IMG/VR virus record: IMGVR_UViG_3300029286_000009
Span: 62,001 to 126,000 of that record
Reading direction: 5' to 3' (one strand)
Length of the DNA: 64,000 bases
The position numbers and the translations under genes were made by a program. The notes beneath the pieces are model-generated. The model was not told the DNA's origin, made no database searches, and saw only the letters and a list, made by a program, of their open reading frames with translations. The stretch's first letter is position 1. Each line of letters begins with the position of its first letter. This document shows, in pieces, positions 51,635-62,700 of the stretch.

Positions 51635-52708
51635 CTATTCGTCCAGATCAGCGATTTTCTTTGCCCGTGCTACAAGCACTTTGGTTGTGATGTGCAGTAG
51701 TTCCTGCTTCGAGTCTTCGTCGAGCATATCTACGTCTATAAAGGAATTGAATCGCATGGAGGCCCCTGCGGCATGATCCCCACCCCCTGCACCGCAGTCA
51801 GGGAAAAGAGCACGTGCTATTTCTGATGCCTTGCCCCCGCCGTTCTTTGTGCGTACTGAAGCCCACAGTTCTTTTCCTACGATAGCATATACAACGACTA
51901 TATGCAGGCGTTCTCGTCGCATCCATAGATCGGCGATCTGTGATATCACTCCTGCACGTTCTTCTTTCAGGAAGCCTAGATTGTATATGCCAAAGGGCTC
52001 CGAGATTATTTTGCTGCTATCAGAGATACGAAGACAGTCGTAGAAATAAGCAGGAAAGTCATAACGCATCAGCTTGTGGTACAAGTGTGGATCGTAGTGC
52101 TCTTTTAGATAGAGAAAAGCGGGAATATCTCTGGTTGCGTCCACATTATCTCTTAAGAGGTTTTCTGTGTCTGTCATAAGCCCGAGCATCAGTGCAGTTG
52201 CTACTCCTTCATCTTTTCTTGATTCAGAAGAGAAGGTGATATCAAAACTCTGTAGGTATTCTGTTATTATAGTGGAGGCAGACCCCACAGCGTGCATATC
52301 CACATTGCTACCCACCGGGCTATCTTTGTCGCAGTGGTGGTCAATTGTCCAGACATTTTCTTTGGGGGTATTCGCGGTATCACACAGTGTAAGACTGCCC
52401 GCCTTAGCATTACAATCTACAAGAACGCAAGTGGGATTACGACTATACCCTGCCCATTTGCGGGGGTCGTGTAAAGTAATATCTAGTTCACTAACCATTA
52501 ACCGATTTTGTGTTTGGTTTGGGGGCACTCCCCAAATCATTACCGGTTTGTCAAACTTGTCCCGTATCAATTTCTCTAATCCTAATGCACTCGCCATTGA
52601 ATCAGGATCTGGTGTAGGATGATCATGTAGGAGGATATCTACAGCCGCAGCACGGCATAGCATCTCTGAGAAAGCCTGCTTCTTCTCATCGTTTAATATC
52701 ATTACCAC
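51635..52708 (-). CDS. DHH/DHHA1 phosphoesterase (NrnA-like)
   Basis: HPTPDPDSMAS, LVD, IDHH, TDT, SVR, GGGDHAAG. Confidence 0.88.
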   Translation of the reverse strand: MVMILNDEKKQAFSEMLCRAAAVDILLHDHPTPDPDSMASALGLEKLIRDKFDKPVMIWGVPPNQTQNRLMVSELDITLHDPRKWAGYSRNPTCVLVDCNAKAGSLTLCDTANTPKENVWTIDHHCDKDSPVGSNVDMHAVGSASTIITEYLQSFDITFSSESRKDEGVATALMLGLMTDTENLLRDNVDATRDIPAFLYLKEHYDPHLYHKLMRYDFPAYFYDCLRISDSSKIISEPFGIYNLGFLKEERAGVISQIADLWMRRERLHIVVVYAIVGKELWASVRTKNGGGKASEIARALFPDCGAGGGDHAAGASMRFNSFIDVDMLDEDSKQELLHITTKVLVARAKKIADLDE

Positions 52709-52970
52709 ACTCCACTAGCGGGGTTGTTCTTATAAACCGCTCTATCGAATTTATTTTGTGGCGTAACTCCTGCATTTCTGCAGGAGTTACACTCGAACTG
52801 TCTATTGGTTTATATTGTAGGTTATCTAATGCCCGTTCGATCTTGTTGAAGTTGAAGGTGTTATTCACTAGGATGAGTGAGAGTAAGAAAACAATTAGAA
52901 TGGTTAGGGCCAACCCGATCTGCCACCGTCTACTAGGCGACGGCACGGGTGAGTCGATCGATTGAGTCAT
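52686..52970 (-). CDS. single-TM coiled-coil protein
   Basis: Hydrophobic helix followed by a coiled coil. Confidence 0.5.
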   Translation of the reverse strand: MTQSIDSPVPSPSRRWQIGLALTILIVFLLSLILVNNTFNFNKIERALDNLQYKPIDSSSVTPAEMQELRHKINSIERFIRTTPLVECGNDIKR

Positions 52971-53924
52971 CTAATCTCTTCCTTAGTTCTTGCAACTTGG
53001 GTGTGAGCGTTTCCCGCATCATCCGATCCCAATTCGCGTGGCTCTTAGTTTGAGTCAGCCCGTTAAGATTATACGCAGTAATTACCAGAGGCCCTTCCCA
53101 ACCTACTTGTTCTGTTACTGTGAAGTCTCCTGCCAAATCCATCCCCAATGCCTGCATTAGCTTATCCATCAGACTGCGTGTGAGGGGTGTGGGTGGAGTA
53201 TGCAAGCCTACGTTACTTACAGGCACCGCTGGCACCTCTGGCTTTGGGGGCAGCCCAGGTAACTGTCTGAACATTGGTGCATCATAAAATGCGGTCATCC
53301 TAAGTTGCCCTCCCCATCTATCCTGAAGACCGCGGGCTTACAGTATGCAACGAACCATTCGTCAGTAAAGTCAGGCAACACGAACTCGTATGAGGAGTTC
53401 CTTCTCTCCAGCTCACTCGCAATCATATCGAGACGCTCATATATTGCTTGCTTCTTACTAAGATGCTCTACTTGATCAACAAACTGGTTGTAGGTTATGT
53501 AGAGTTCGTGCACCAGATCGTTCCAATCTCCACGAAACATGCACACTTCCTGATACTCATACCTTTTCCCTTTCCCCAGTCTACGTTTAACAATTACGCA
53601 AACATTGACTTCCAAGGCTTTGTCAAATGTTGTCCATATATCATTCATCTTTACCATTTTGCTCCTTGGGGTTCGTTACCCAGGCACCGTTAAGTTTTAT
53701 ACCACGCAGAGTTCCAAAAACAAAATTGGGGTGATTTTCTTCAACAAATTTAAAAATATTATCTGGAGTAATCGCATCGCACAGTTGATTTAAACTGTTC
53801 CAACCACTATCGTAATCCTGTTCGTCATCGTCGTATATTCGGTAACCCCAATGTGTATCAAGAATATTGCCCTCTCTGGTATAGTCTACAAATTTACAGA
53901 ATTGAATTGTTAATCTGTTAGACA

Positions 53925-54374
53925 TTAAGCTTTAGCTCGTCGTACCGGGGCAGCATTGGCAGGCCGCACCTTGGGTTGCTTTTCTGGAGCGGTCGCCTTC
54001 AGAAGTTTTACCGATAGAATTGGTGTGGTTTCTATTTTACTGATATTCTTTATATCTTCTTCGCCCAAAAACTCTCGTACGCCCCACACACGTTTGCTTG
54101 TGTTGGAGTCCAGCCTAACGGATACACAGGATATAAAACGCATCCAGTCATTTTCTAGAGCATCGTAGAGTTTATCTGGGTCAGGTATCAATGTTGTTCT
54201 CTCTGAATACTGTGCAGACACGCGGTCCGTGTCTATAATTAGCACTCTGTTGTTAGACATATATTCCTTCACAGTAATCACAAGATCTGTTTCCTGTTTC
54301 TTGAACATATCAATTTCTTTACGTAATCTAAAAATTTCATTGATAGCATTCGTAATTCCTACTGGAACCTTCAT
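53925..54374 (-). CDS. hypothetical protein
   Basis: ORF with AGAGG RBS. Confidence 0.55.
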   Translation of the reverse strand: MKVPVGITNAINEIFRLRKEIDMFKKQETDLVITVKEYMSNNRVLIIDTDRVSAQYSERTTLIPDPDKLYDALENDWMRFISCVSVRLDSNTSKRVWGVREFLGEEDIKNISKIETTPILSVKLLKATAPEKQPKVRPANAAPVRRAKA

Positions 54375-54393
54375 ACTTTTTCCTCTTTAGCAA

Positions 54394-54999
54394 TTAATGT
54401 CTGTAAAATACAACGTCTTTTTCCAATATACTGATATTCCAACATTTCCAACAACCTGTGCACTTCCCTACGCATGTAAAGTAGTTTCCCATAATCCTGC
54501 AATCAGGTTTACGCGGGTCATACAACCATGCTATTGGACGATCTTTAAATGTTTCTGGTCTTCCAAACTCTATCCACATAGAAGGAATAATCACCAGATT
54601 CTGCGGTAGGTTGGATAAATCGAGTGAATAGTTTTTTGTAAATGCTAGCATTCTTATGGCAGGCAACCTTCTAGCAATTTCTTGCATACTATCCAGGTAA
54701 TGCTGTGAGGGGATATCCCCATCAACATGCCACCTAAACCGATCAGGTCTCTTCTCAATTATATACGCTTCTATATCTCTAAAAAATCTGTTGTGGTCTT
54801 TACTCAGAACATCCCAGTTGTGCTCACGAGCAGCACGTACACAAGCAAATCTTCGCATCGCTTTCAAGGAGTAACAACCCTCTTTGGCACAAGGAATATC
54901 TTTTTGACACGACACTATTGGAGGCAAACTCACGTTCGGAGTATTACCTATTTTAGTATTCCCTTTCGATATAACAATTTGGTCAGAAAATTGATACAT
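54394..54999 (-). CDS. phage Gp88-like protein
   Basis: GNTKIG, C...C...CY, FRWHVDGDI, FTK, C-terminal C..C..CW. Confidence 0.6.
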   Translation of the reverse strand: MYQFSDQIVISKGNTKIGNTPNVSLPPIVSCQKDIPCAKEGCYSLKAMRRFACVRAAREHNWDVLSKDHNRFFRDIEAYIIEKRPDRFRWHVDGDIPSQHYLDSMQEIARRLPAIRMLAFTKNYSLDLSNLPQNLVIIPSMWIEFGRPETFKDRPIAWLYDPRKPDCRIMGNYFTCVGKCTGCWKCWNISILEKDVVFYRH

Positions 55000-55448
55000 A
55001 ATCTAACGAGTAGGTCCTCGGTGCACTTTGTCGGTCTTCCCCCACTTAAAAATGCGTGCGGAAGGAGTAGGGATCAGACTGGTAAAGATGCTGTTTAGTT
55101 TTACAATAGTTGGTTTATACGGAACATCCTCGGGAAATTTTGGCAAAATCGGAATTTCGAACAGAATTTCGTTTTCCGTGATTTCTAAATTTTTTTCCCC
55201 TGGCTCCGTATTAACTAAGGATGGTATGCGACTTACTGGCACTACTACGTGCTTTAAACGTCCTCGACTATCCTCAGCCCACTTTCTCTCAAATGAACTT
55301 CGCCCGAAACGAGCTTCATGGGCTTTTAATACTTCTGGGTCGATCACATAGTTGGTGTTAACCAACTTATTGTCGTGTCTTTTGCGTGCATATCCGTAAT
55401 CTACTAATAATGGTAGAATTAGAATGGTGATTATTGCGTATCTTATAG

Positions 55449-56156
55449 TCATTCCAAAAATCCTCTCAATCTCTCCTCGAATTCCCGTTGGCGGGGCGTG
55501 ACAGGTTCAAGCCCACGACTCATTCTATCAGCAATTCTTAAGCAGAACAATGGAAATTCATCTGGGCGTTTCAAGTCTTCGTGAGTTATACCATATTTAG
55601 ACACAAAGCGTGCTAACCCGTTATCGGTCCATCGAGATGTATAATTATACATATGTCCCCCCACCAATGTGACCACATTCGACTGTAGAGGCTTCTTAAC
55701 CTGAAATTTTCGCATAGTTGCTAATGCCACACGCTCACCCACAATCTCGTGTCTATAGAATGTAATACGCCTTATTGTACTTTTACACTGGGGATAGCAA
55801 CTCTTATTTTTGAAAGGGCAGAACTCCACACTCCTCGGCCTGGGCCAATATCTATTGCACATAAGCACAGTTGCTACTGTGTCCACTTTTCCTAAGTCAT
55901 GCAATAATCCTGCCCAGCGTAAAGTTACATTTGGCGGGGTCGCATCACAGGTCTTTACACAGTGTAAGAACACATTATCTACATGAAAAGCAACATCTTG
56001 TTTTACTGCCGCACTCTTATGCAAGCGATTAAAGTGTTTTTTTAGCATACCGTTACCTAACCACTTCACTAGCAAGATAGACGGCTTAGGGCGTAGTAGA
56101 TTTTGAATAAACAGTTCTTTGAATTGGTAGAAGTCCCTCATGCTGTCTGAATGCAT
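55449..56156 (-). CDS. HD-domain phosphohydrolase (CCA-adding enzyme HD-like) with Cys-rich insertion
   Basis: H..NVFLH, LLHDLGK, FYRHEIVG, HM, AD. Confidence 0.75.
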   Translation of the reverse strand: MHSDSMRDFYQFKELFIQNLLRPKPSILLVKWLGNGMLKKHFNRLHKSAAVKQDVAFHVDNVFLHCVKTCDATPPNVTLRWAGLLHDLGKVDTVATVLMCNRYWPRPRSVEFCPFKNKSCYPQCKSTIRRITFYRHEIVGERVALATMRKFQVKKPLQSNVVTLVGGHMYNYTSRWTDNGLARFVSKYGITHEDLKRPDEFPLFCLRIADRMSRGLEPVTPRQREFEERLRGFLE

Positions 56157-57090
56157 TTATGAGTCTGTCACCCTGTTTTAATAATCTCCTTAATTCGATA
56201 GGTTTTATACCGTAATCCTCCCGAATGATGCGACTTTGCCAACTTTTTATTGGCGGAAAGTACAATTGAGTATTCAAAGCGTCGGTGTCTACACTAGTCA
56301 TTAACTGACAATATATGTCGAACAACTTGGGATGTATTTTTTTCATCTTTTGTTGAACACGTTTTAGGGTAAGTCCACGTTCCATATCATAGGATGCTGG
56401 AAGTTCTTGTTTATCAACTTGAAATGAGGAAAAATCCTTAAGGCTTTCCATTATCCGTATCCATATCTTGTAAGGGGTGTTGTGATAGTAGTCTGCATAG
56501 TGGCTAAGACTCTGGTCGGAGTTAGTTACGAGCGAATGCAACGTTTGTAAATCATCAGTGGAAATTACCGTAAGTGGGCACTCTGCTAATTTGAATATGC
56601 ATTTTTTGCATTTAGCTATAGTGTCAATCGAGCAACGTTTCAACAATATGGACTTGTAAAGCACAGAAGAGCGAATATTACTTAATCTACTATATTTCTG
56701 AAGAATACCTACTGCATCAGAGTACTTCTTAAGACTGAATCTAATAGCTCTTGGTAGGTTGAAGGGATACAGCAGATATTTTGCACTCTCTATCACCCCA
56801 TCGTAAAACCGGCTGTATAAACGTCTTTTCCATTCTACTTTACTCCAAGAATAGGCGGTCTCCTTATGCCGGGTGCTTACATTACGGATATAGCTTATTC
56901 CACGAAGAAGTGCATCAGATTCTGCATCTTCGTAATCTTGAAAGTTGCTTGCGTAAGGTAGACACTTGGTTGTTATCATATACAATAAACCTATTAATTC
57001 ACTATAGGCTTCTATTGCTTGTGGTGGTACGTCCTTCATGCATTCCGGGGTTAAACCTTTTCTTAATTTCTGTGTAGCACTATATAGCAT
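56086..57090 (-). CDS. hypothetical protein (possible divergent sigma-like factor)
   Basis: 334-aa helical, basic ORF; function unsupported. Confidence 0.45.
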   Translation of the reverse strand: MLYSATQKLRKGLTPECMKDVPPQAIEAYSELIGLLYMITTKCLPYASNFQDYEDAESDALLRGISYIRNVSTRHKETAYSWSKVEWKRRLYSRFYDGVIESAKYLLYPFNLPRAIRFSLKKYSDAVGILQKYSRLSNIRSSVLYKSILLKRCSIDTIAKCKKCIFKLAECPLTVISTDDLQTLHSLVTNSDQSLSHYADYYHNTPYKIWIRIMESLKDFSSFQVDKQELPASYDMERGLTLKRVQQKMKKIHPKLFDIYCQLMTSVDTDALNTQLYFPPIKSWQSRIIREDYGIKPIELRRLLKQGDRLINAFRQHEGLLPIQRTVYSKSTTP

Positions 57091-58507
57091 TCAGCCTCCA
57101 TGGGTAGACTGCGACATCCATACCCAGACCCGCTGCGATGGCTCTTCTCGTGTTAGACTGCTTGGCAAGCATAGCGTTATTGTCGGACATGTCAATTATA
57201 CGTGCGAATGTCTTTCCTTCACGTAAACGTTGTGCTCTACCTACCATTTGTTCTAGAACCACAGGATTCTTAAACGGAGTACCTATAATAATTGTGTTAA
57301 TGGGGGGGTGATCAAAGCCTTCTCCCAAGAGTTTGTCTGTAGCTAGAATAACACCTGGATTGCTACGTAGACGCTCATAGGCAAGAGAACGTTCAAGTTT
57401 AGATAAGCTACCAATCAATTTTACAGTATTTACTCCGTAGTCATAGCAATATCGTTCTATCTCGTTCACGTGCTTAACACGACTACTCAGAAATAACACT
57501 ACGTTGTTTTCTTCACGGCTCGTGTTGTCTATTATTAGGGACAGTATGTCCCGGTTTCTGCTGGGGTCATCAACAAGGTGTGATACGATTTCTTGGAAAG
57601 ACTCCCCGCTGTAACTTCGCCCGGTGTAGTAGATATAGTAATCAGGCACAATCATAACACCGGCTTTTACTAGTAGCTCTTTATTTGAACACGCTACTAC
57701 GGGACCAATACAGTCGAACAGCATTTGACTGAGCCCGTCAGGGCGGTAGGAAGTAGCTGTTAAGCCAATAGTCTTGGCGGGTGCGAACTGGTATATCACA
57801 TGTCTCCAGGTAGTAGCCGGAGAATGGTGCACTTCGTCAATAATGATTGTGCCAAACTCATACTTTAATTGTTCTAAAGCTTCTGGTTTACGTTGCAGAC
57901 TTTGTATGAGGGCAATAGTTAGAAACTCGCCAATTTTAAAGTTACCACTACCAATAAAACCAATGTCCTTCTTAGGAAGCGCCAGCACCTTGACCTTTGC
58001 TTCGTCTGACGCCGCCAACATAGTCTGTTGGGCTAACTCTTTAGTATGAGTAATCCATAAGGTCTTCCGACTCTCCCGTCGTGCTAGCTCTAGCCCGCAC
58101 AGCGTTTTACCTGTGCCCGGAGGCGACTGAATAACATAGCCAGCGCCTGGATAGATCGCAGCGTGCGAAACTAAATCTTCTTGATAGTCTCGTAATTCAA
58201 TTTGCTGTATTGGGGCTTCTGTGCAACAAACGAAGTTACGGCGGTCGGTTACATTAAACTTAATTCCATGGTCTCCGAGCAACGTAAAAAGCTCCATCAT
58301 TATGCCTCGGGGGAGACATAGTTGGTTATCAACAAAATCCCACGTGCGTAATGTACTCGGAATCCCCCGACCAACAAATCCCCGCCCGTATTTTGTAGCA
58401 TTTACAAAGGAGGGATTATCATAAGTAAGGCGTTTCCGCAACTGCGTAAACAGAGCCTTAGATATACCTGAGATTCGTATATAATTGTCAATTTCTATTG
58501 CTACCAT
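57080..58507 (-). CDS. superfamily II helicase (DExH)
   Basis: LRDYQ, PPGTGKT, DEVHH, TAT, EGFD, QMVGRAQR. Confidence 0.92.
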   Translation of the reverse strand: MVAIEIDNYIRISGISKALFTQLRKRLTYDNPSFVNATKYGRGFVGRGIPSTLRTWDFVDNQLCLPRGIMMELFTLLGDHGIKFNVTDRRNFVCCTEAPIQQIELRDYQEDLVSHAAIYPGAGYVIQSPPGTGKTLCGLELARRESRKTLWITHTKELAQQTMLAASDEAKVKVLALPKKDIGFIGSGNFKIGEFLTIALIQSLQRKPEALEQLKYEFGTIIIDEVHHSPATTWRHVIYQFAPAKTIGLTATSYRPDGLSQMLFDCIGPVVACSNKELLVKAGVMIVPDYYIYYTGRSYSGESFQEIVSHLVDDPSRNRDILSLIIDNTSREENNVVLFLSSRVKHVNEIERYCYDYGVNTVKLIGSLSKLERSLAYERLRSNPGVILATDKLLGEGFDHPPINTIIIGTPFKNPVVLEQMVGRAQRLREGKTFARIIDMSDNNAMLAKQSNTRRAIAAGLGMDVAVYPWRLNAI

Positions 58508-58918
58508 TTTACCTTTTTACTCGGCACTTGGGGTAGAACACCCCAAGTACCAATAAGAACAGCAATTATGTTGGGCAGTCGTTGTCCCTACATGGCTGAC
58601 TGCCCGCTGGGAGGTAAGCACACTCTCCCTTTTCATCGCCAACGCAACAACAAGCACGAGGGCGAAGATTGGTAGTATCAGTTATCCCCACTCGTCTCCA
58701 CTCGGGTACCCTGTTCTGCCAATCCCAGAAACCTAGGTGTTCTTCAGCAGACCTTCTAATCGTAGCGTAATCAGAGCTAGTCTCACCTCGTACAAACATG
58801 GCGTTGGCACGTTTCTGCAGGCGTATTCCTTCTGCATAGTCGCGGGCAGTTGGCTTAGAAATTATCTTTTCAGCTTTCGCTATCCTAATCATACTTTACC
58901 TCCCCTTCAATATCCAAG

Positions 58919-59581
58919 TCATATCTTTTGTGGGTTAGCAGCCTCTCTATGTTCACGTTTGATGGCAGCGTCCCTACTTAACCAAAGCTCATTCTGCCGC
59001 ACCAACCTGTCTAATATACTCGCGGGAACCCCGGCAGGGTTGGGCTCAGTGGGTAACCAGTTGAATGTCTTACCTGTGATAACATTTTGTATTGCACTCA
59101 CAGTGAACACGTTCAGAGCAGTTGCAACCGCATCTAGGTTAGCAGCCATGCCCGCGGTTGCCAAATCTCGTATTGTGCCTACATGGGGAAGTAGCTTGCA
59201 AGGTAAGCGCCCGGATAGAATGGCCTGGCGAGCACAATATTTACCACTATCCCACATAAGATTTTCTCCTCGGTTATCTGTGAAATCCCCATTCTTGTGT
59301 ATTGCCATGGGGCGTTTCATATAAATGGGTGGGGCTCCCCATGCTGCCCAACATATAAGGCGGTTCAGCCGCATTGTGCGCCCACTGCCTAGCGGATGTC
59401 CACCCATGTTCATGGGCAAGGGTATTTCCATTGTTTGCCCTTTCCGGTGGTTGATGTGTGGTGCGATGGGATCACCAGTAAATTTATTATACACTCGACC
59501 CAACACAGGGTCAGCGTGTATTCCAAACCCAGAGAAACTATACATTTGTGAATTGAATTTGGGTTGTTGGGCACTAGGCAT
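58919..59581 (-). CDS. HNH-like endonuclease domain protein
   Basis: RLICWAAWG...IHKNGDFTDNRGENLMW. Confidence 0.6.
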   Translation of the reverse strand: MPSAQQPKFNSQMYSFSGFGIHADPVLGRVYNKFTGDPIAPHINHRKGQTMEIPLPMNMGGHPLGSGRTMRLNRLICWAAWGAPPIYMKRPMAIHKNGDFTDNRGENLMWDSGKYCARQAILSGRLPCKLLPHVGTIRDLATAGMAANLDAVATALNVFTVSAIQNVITGKTFNWLPTEPNPAGVPASILDRLVRQNELWLSRDAAIKREHREAANPQKI

Positions 59582-59645
59582 TCAGTGTCCTCCAGTTTAA
59601 TTATTAGCACCCTATAGTGCTGTGTAGGCTACCCGAGGGAGCGTA

Positions 59646-60128
59646 CTAGCATACTGCCGTGTTCTGGTGTTGCTTAGGCTTGCTACGCCTAGTCGAACCT
59701 ATATGGGCAGCATAGATGACGGTCACATGAAATTGGTCTTCCATAACGTGTTCAATATTTTGTTGGTCACCATCAATATCGATAATACACGGTATCCAAC
59801 ATTTGGACTTTTGTGAATATGACATTTTCTGGCGTTTCTTGGTGATACAGTAGCCTTCAATTATGACTCGGTCGCCGGACTTGAAATCCTGCATAAACCG
59901 ATCTGTGGCTTTATTGTCCTCTACAGTTAAATGAAAAATAGTACGTGTTTTGTTTCGTTCTTTATCCGGAATTTTCTGTCCCGTCCTCCGATCATAACGT
60001 CGGGCGGGGGCGTTAGAAGCCAGTTTACAAAAACATCTTTTTCGTTTTGCGTTCTTTGGTAATTGCGGATCAGATACTAGGTTGCCAATAATCCGCACAA
60101 ATATTTCATCGTGGTCTTCTGTAAACAC
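59646..60128 (-). CDS. single-stranded DNA-binding (OB-fold)-like protein
   Basis: IIGNLVSDP...KSGDRVIIEG. Confidence 0.55.
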   Translation of the reverse strand: MFTEDHDEIFVRIIGNLVSDPQLPKNAKRKRCFCKLASNAPARRYDRRTGQKIPDKERNKTRTIFHLTVEDNKATDRFMQDFKSGDRVIIEGYCITKKRQKMSYSQKSKCWIPCIIDIDGDQQNIEHVMEDQFHVTVIYAAHIGSTRRSKPKQHQNTAVC

Positions 60129-60866
60129 AATTAAGTCTCCTGTATTAATTGCAATATTTTCTGATCAACGAGGAAGTGCGTATGGATTCCTCTTAAATGT
60201 CAAGGCGGCGACTGTTTTTAACAACATACCGGCTATTTGTGCCCCAGACACACATATTGCCGCTGCCGTACGGTAATCCATTCTCAGGAACGTCCTATTG
60301 TAGTCACTCCTCACGCTACCAAAGCGGTCATACTTCCGTCGGTTCACATTATAGTACTCGAGCATCTCTCCTCCATGCTTCTTCTAACTACCCACTAACC
60401 TTTATGCATCTACTATTTATATCACTTAATATTAGGCTGTGGGGTCTCAATAAATGACTAATCTATTAATAACAATTTTGACTTGTAGGAATTACCCTCT
60501 TGATTAGTTCATTCATAAAAGCACAGAGCATTGACTACCGACGAAAACGTTTCTTTGGGGGTTTAATTGTATTTTCCACTACAGCCGGTGGAGTTGTCGA
60601 TAGGTCTGTTAACCTCACGCGTCGGGTTCTGCATACCCATCGACTGTTTGGTGAATTACAAACAATATACATATCTTCATGCCACTTCTTCCAGCACTCT
60701 ATTGATTCTCGTGCTTGTTGCGGAGGAAATTTCTCAGAAGGTGGCTTCATATATTTAATGACCCCCGCATCAATCCGGGCATCGTGATCCGTGGGCCGAT
60801 CATGTGCGGGGATAATGTGAACCACGATTACTGTGTCATTATCGCACCACACACGGTCTCCCGCCT

Positions 60867-61598
60867 CTATACTGCTTGTTGTTTTATCTGTCGGGCCACT
60901 CGCCGAGTTTTCCATTGGTTAACCTTCTCGAGTTCAACTTGTGTTAGTTGACCTGGGTCAGGTAGAAACACAGATTTGGCAACCCAATTTGCCATGTAGT
61001 TGGCTTCAGAATCTACCCATTCAACCATCTCTTTTGCTTCGTCTCGTCTTACTGGAAGAGAAGTGTATTTTTCTTTAAAGGCCACCAGTGCTCGTTCGAG
61101 CGACTGGTGTCTTCCTTTCAGTCGACTTGGGTTGTCTAGTTCAGACACCAGTGTAATCCCTTTTGCACATACTTCGTAAGTCTCATGGTCCACAAGCAAG
61201 CAGGTGGTCGCTTTCAGCATCTTCATAAAGTCATAACCGCCCCATCTCCACCCATAATAATGAGAGAACATCGGATGGATATTAGGATTGATATATTGTG
61301 CTTCTTCTAGTAACCCCGCAATCGAGTTTTTCAAATCTTCGTGGAATAGCATGGCTCGCTGGGCACGCACTACTTTACGAGTATCTGCATTCCTTATCCT
61401 TTCTGTAATAAAAGCTGCCTTTTGCTCAGAAGTCAGAGATTTAATGTAGTTAATAAGACTTTGTCTTTTGCACTCTTTGGATCGAATGGTTGCTGGGGTT
61501 TTGGCAAATACTATCTTTATAGCGTGCTTACGATCCTCGGTACTACACAAACGAGAACACAACTCGTGCAATCGGTGTATCGTAGTCTTGTCAAGCAT
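60867..61598 (-). CDS. hypothetical phage protein
   Basis: ORF with GAGG RBS; GITLVSELDNPSRLKGRHQSLERAL. Confidence 0.55.
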   Translation of the reverse strand: MLDKTTIHRLHELCSRLCSTEDRKHAIKIVFAKTPATIRSKECKRQSLINYIKSLTSEQKAAFITERIRNADTRKVVRAQRAMLFHEDLKNSIAGLLEEAQYINPNIHPMFSHYYGWRWGGYDFMKMLKATTCLLVDHETYEVCAKGITLVSELDNPSRLKGRHQSLERALVAFKEKYTSLPVRRDEAKEMVEWVDSEANYMANWVAKSVFLPDPGQLTQVELEKVNQWKTRRVARQIKQQAV

Positions 61599-61982
61599 TT
61601 AATCCTCTTTCGTTGTTTGCATATTTAAATTTTGACGAGCCTTTTACCGACCTGCTCAGGTCTTAGCTTTACGCTACGTGCGTAACTCGCGGTTTGTCGA
61701 GTCGCACTTCCTTGGTTGCTTTGGCGACGAGCATTTTGAAGTTGCCTTCATCAAATCCGTCTGTCTTGGACAACTTGTCGTAAAGCAACGCGTTAGCTTC
61801 CTTCTTGTTGTCCACACCAGACACAACCATTCCAACTGTTCCATTTACAAATACCTTCATCTTTTCTTCCTCTTTCCCTTCTAGGGTCGATTAGACTCTA
61901 CGATGTAGAGTGTTTCTTAATTTTTTCGGAATTATTCACTTACCAAATAAGCGTTGACAACAGACAAATTTATTGTAAGTGT

Positions 61983-62150
61983 CCAGTGCTCGCACCCGCC
62001 TATGGAGCACCTGGTAGGGGCACAACCGGGAACCTGCCTCTAGTCTAAGGGGCGCGCTTAGGGTGGGGCAGCCACCAATAACAGGAGGTGCCCAATGGAC
62101 TCCTACAACAGCATTGAAGGTTTGGCTCGAACCACAGTGCAGTGGTTCAA
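61983..62150. ncRNA. candidate structured ncRNA (six consecutive hairpins)
   Basis: GC-rich tract with back-to-back inverted repeats. Confidence 0.35.
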
Positions 62151-62623
62151 ACGCCATCGTCGAGCAGTAGTGATCGTGGCAAAGATTCTGTATATTCTCT
62201 ATAGAATCTGTAGAATCTATATGTGCGACCCAGACTACTTGATGCGGAGGATGACAGACTCACACTCTGCCATCTGTAGCACCGCCGCCCTTAGCAAAAT
62301 CACTTCTTCCATAGTCTCTTCTCCTTTACTTCCCAACAAGATAGGGGTTCCTATACTGGTCTGTTGTTTCTGGGGTAATGATACCTTGTCTCAAAAAGGA
62401 ATCTCGTAGAAGCATCCGAGATAAGTGACCAATTTCGTCCTCGATAAAGAGCAAGTCATTGGTGATGTGTGTTATGTCTTTTCCATCCGCCACCATTCTA
62501 AATTTGGACTTTGTGAGGAATCGGTAAGCGAACCAGTTGAGTCGCAGAAGGCTTTTTACCAATAACCGTAACCACCAAGTTAATGGTCGATCCATTTTAA
62601 TTTTCCTTTCTTTTACATTTTTC

Positions 62624-62700
62624 AGCCAAACGGCGACGGGGAGTTGAACCCCGCCACCTCCGGGTATGAGCCGTTGGTCAGACCGCTTTACCGTTTAGCT
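62624..62700 (-). tRNA. degenerate tRNA-Met(CAT)-like element
   Basis: Minus strand: CGG-CTCATAC-CCG anticodon arm, GGGG-TTCAACT-CCCC T arm, 11-bp closing stem; reduced D arm; no CCA. Confidence 0.55.

Noticed and set aside
56086-57090. Phage sigma factor
   Set aside because: Only a vague resemblance; region 2 and region 4 motifs cannot be identified by eye.
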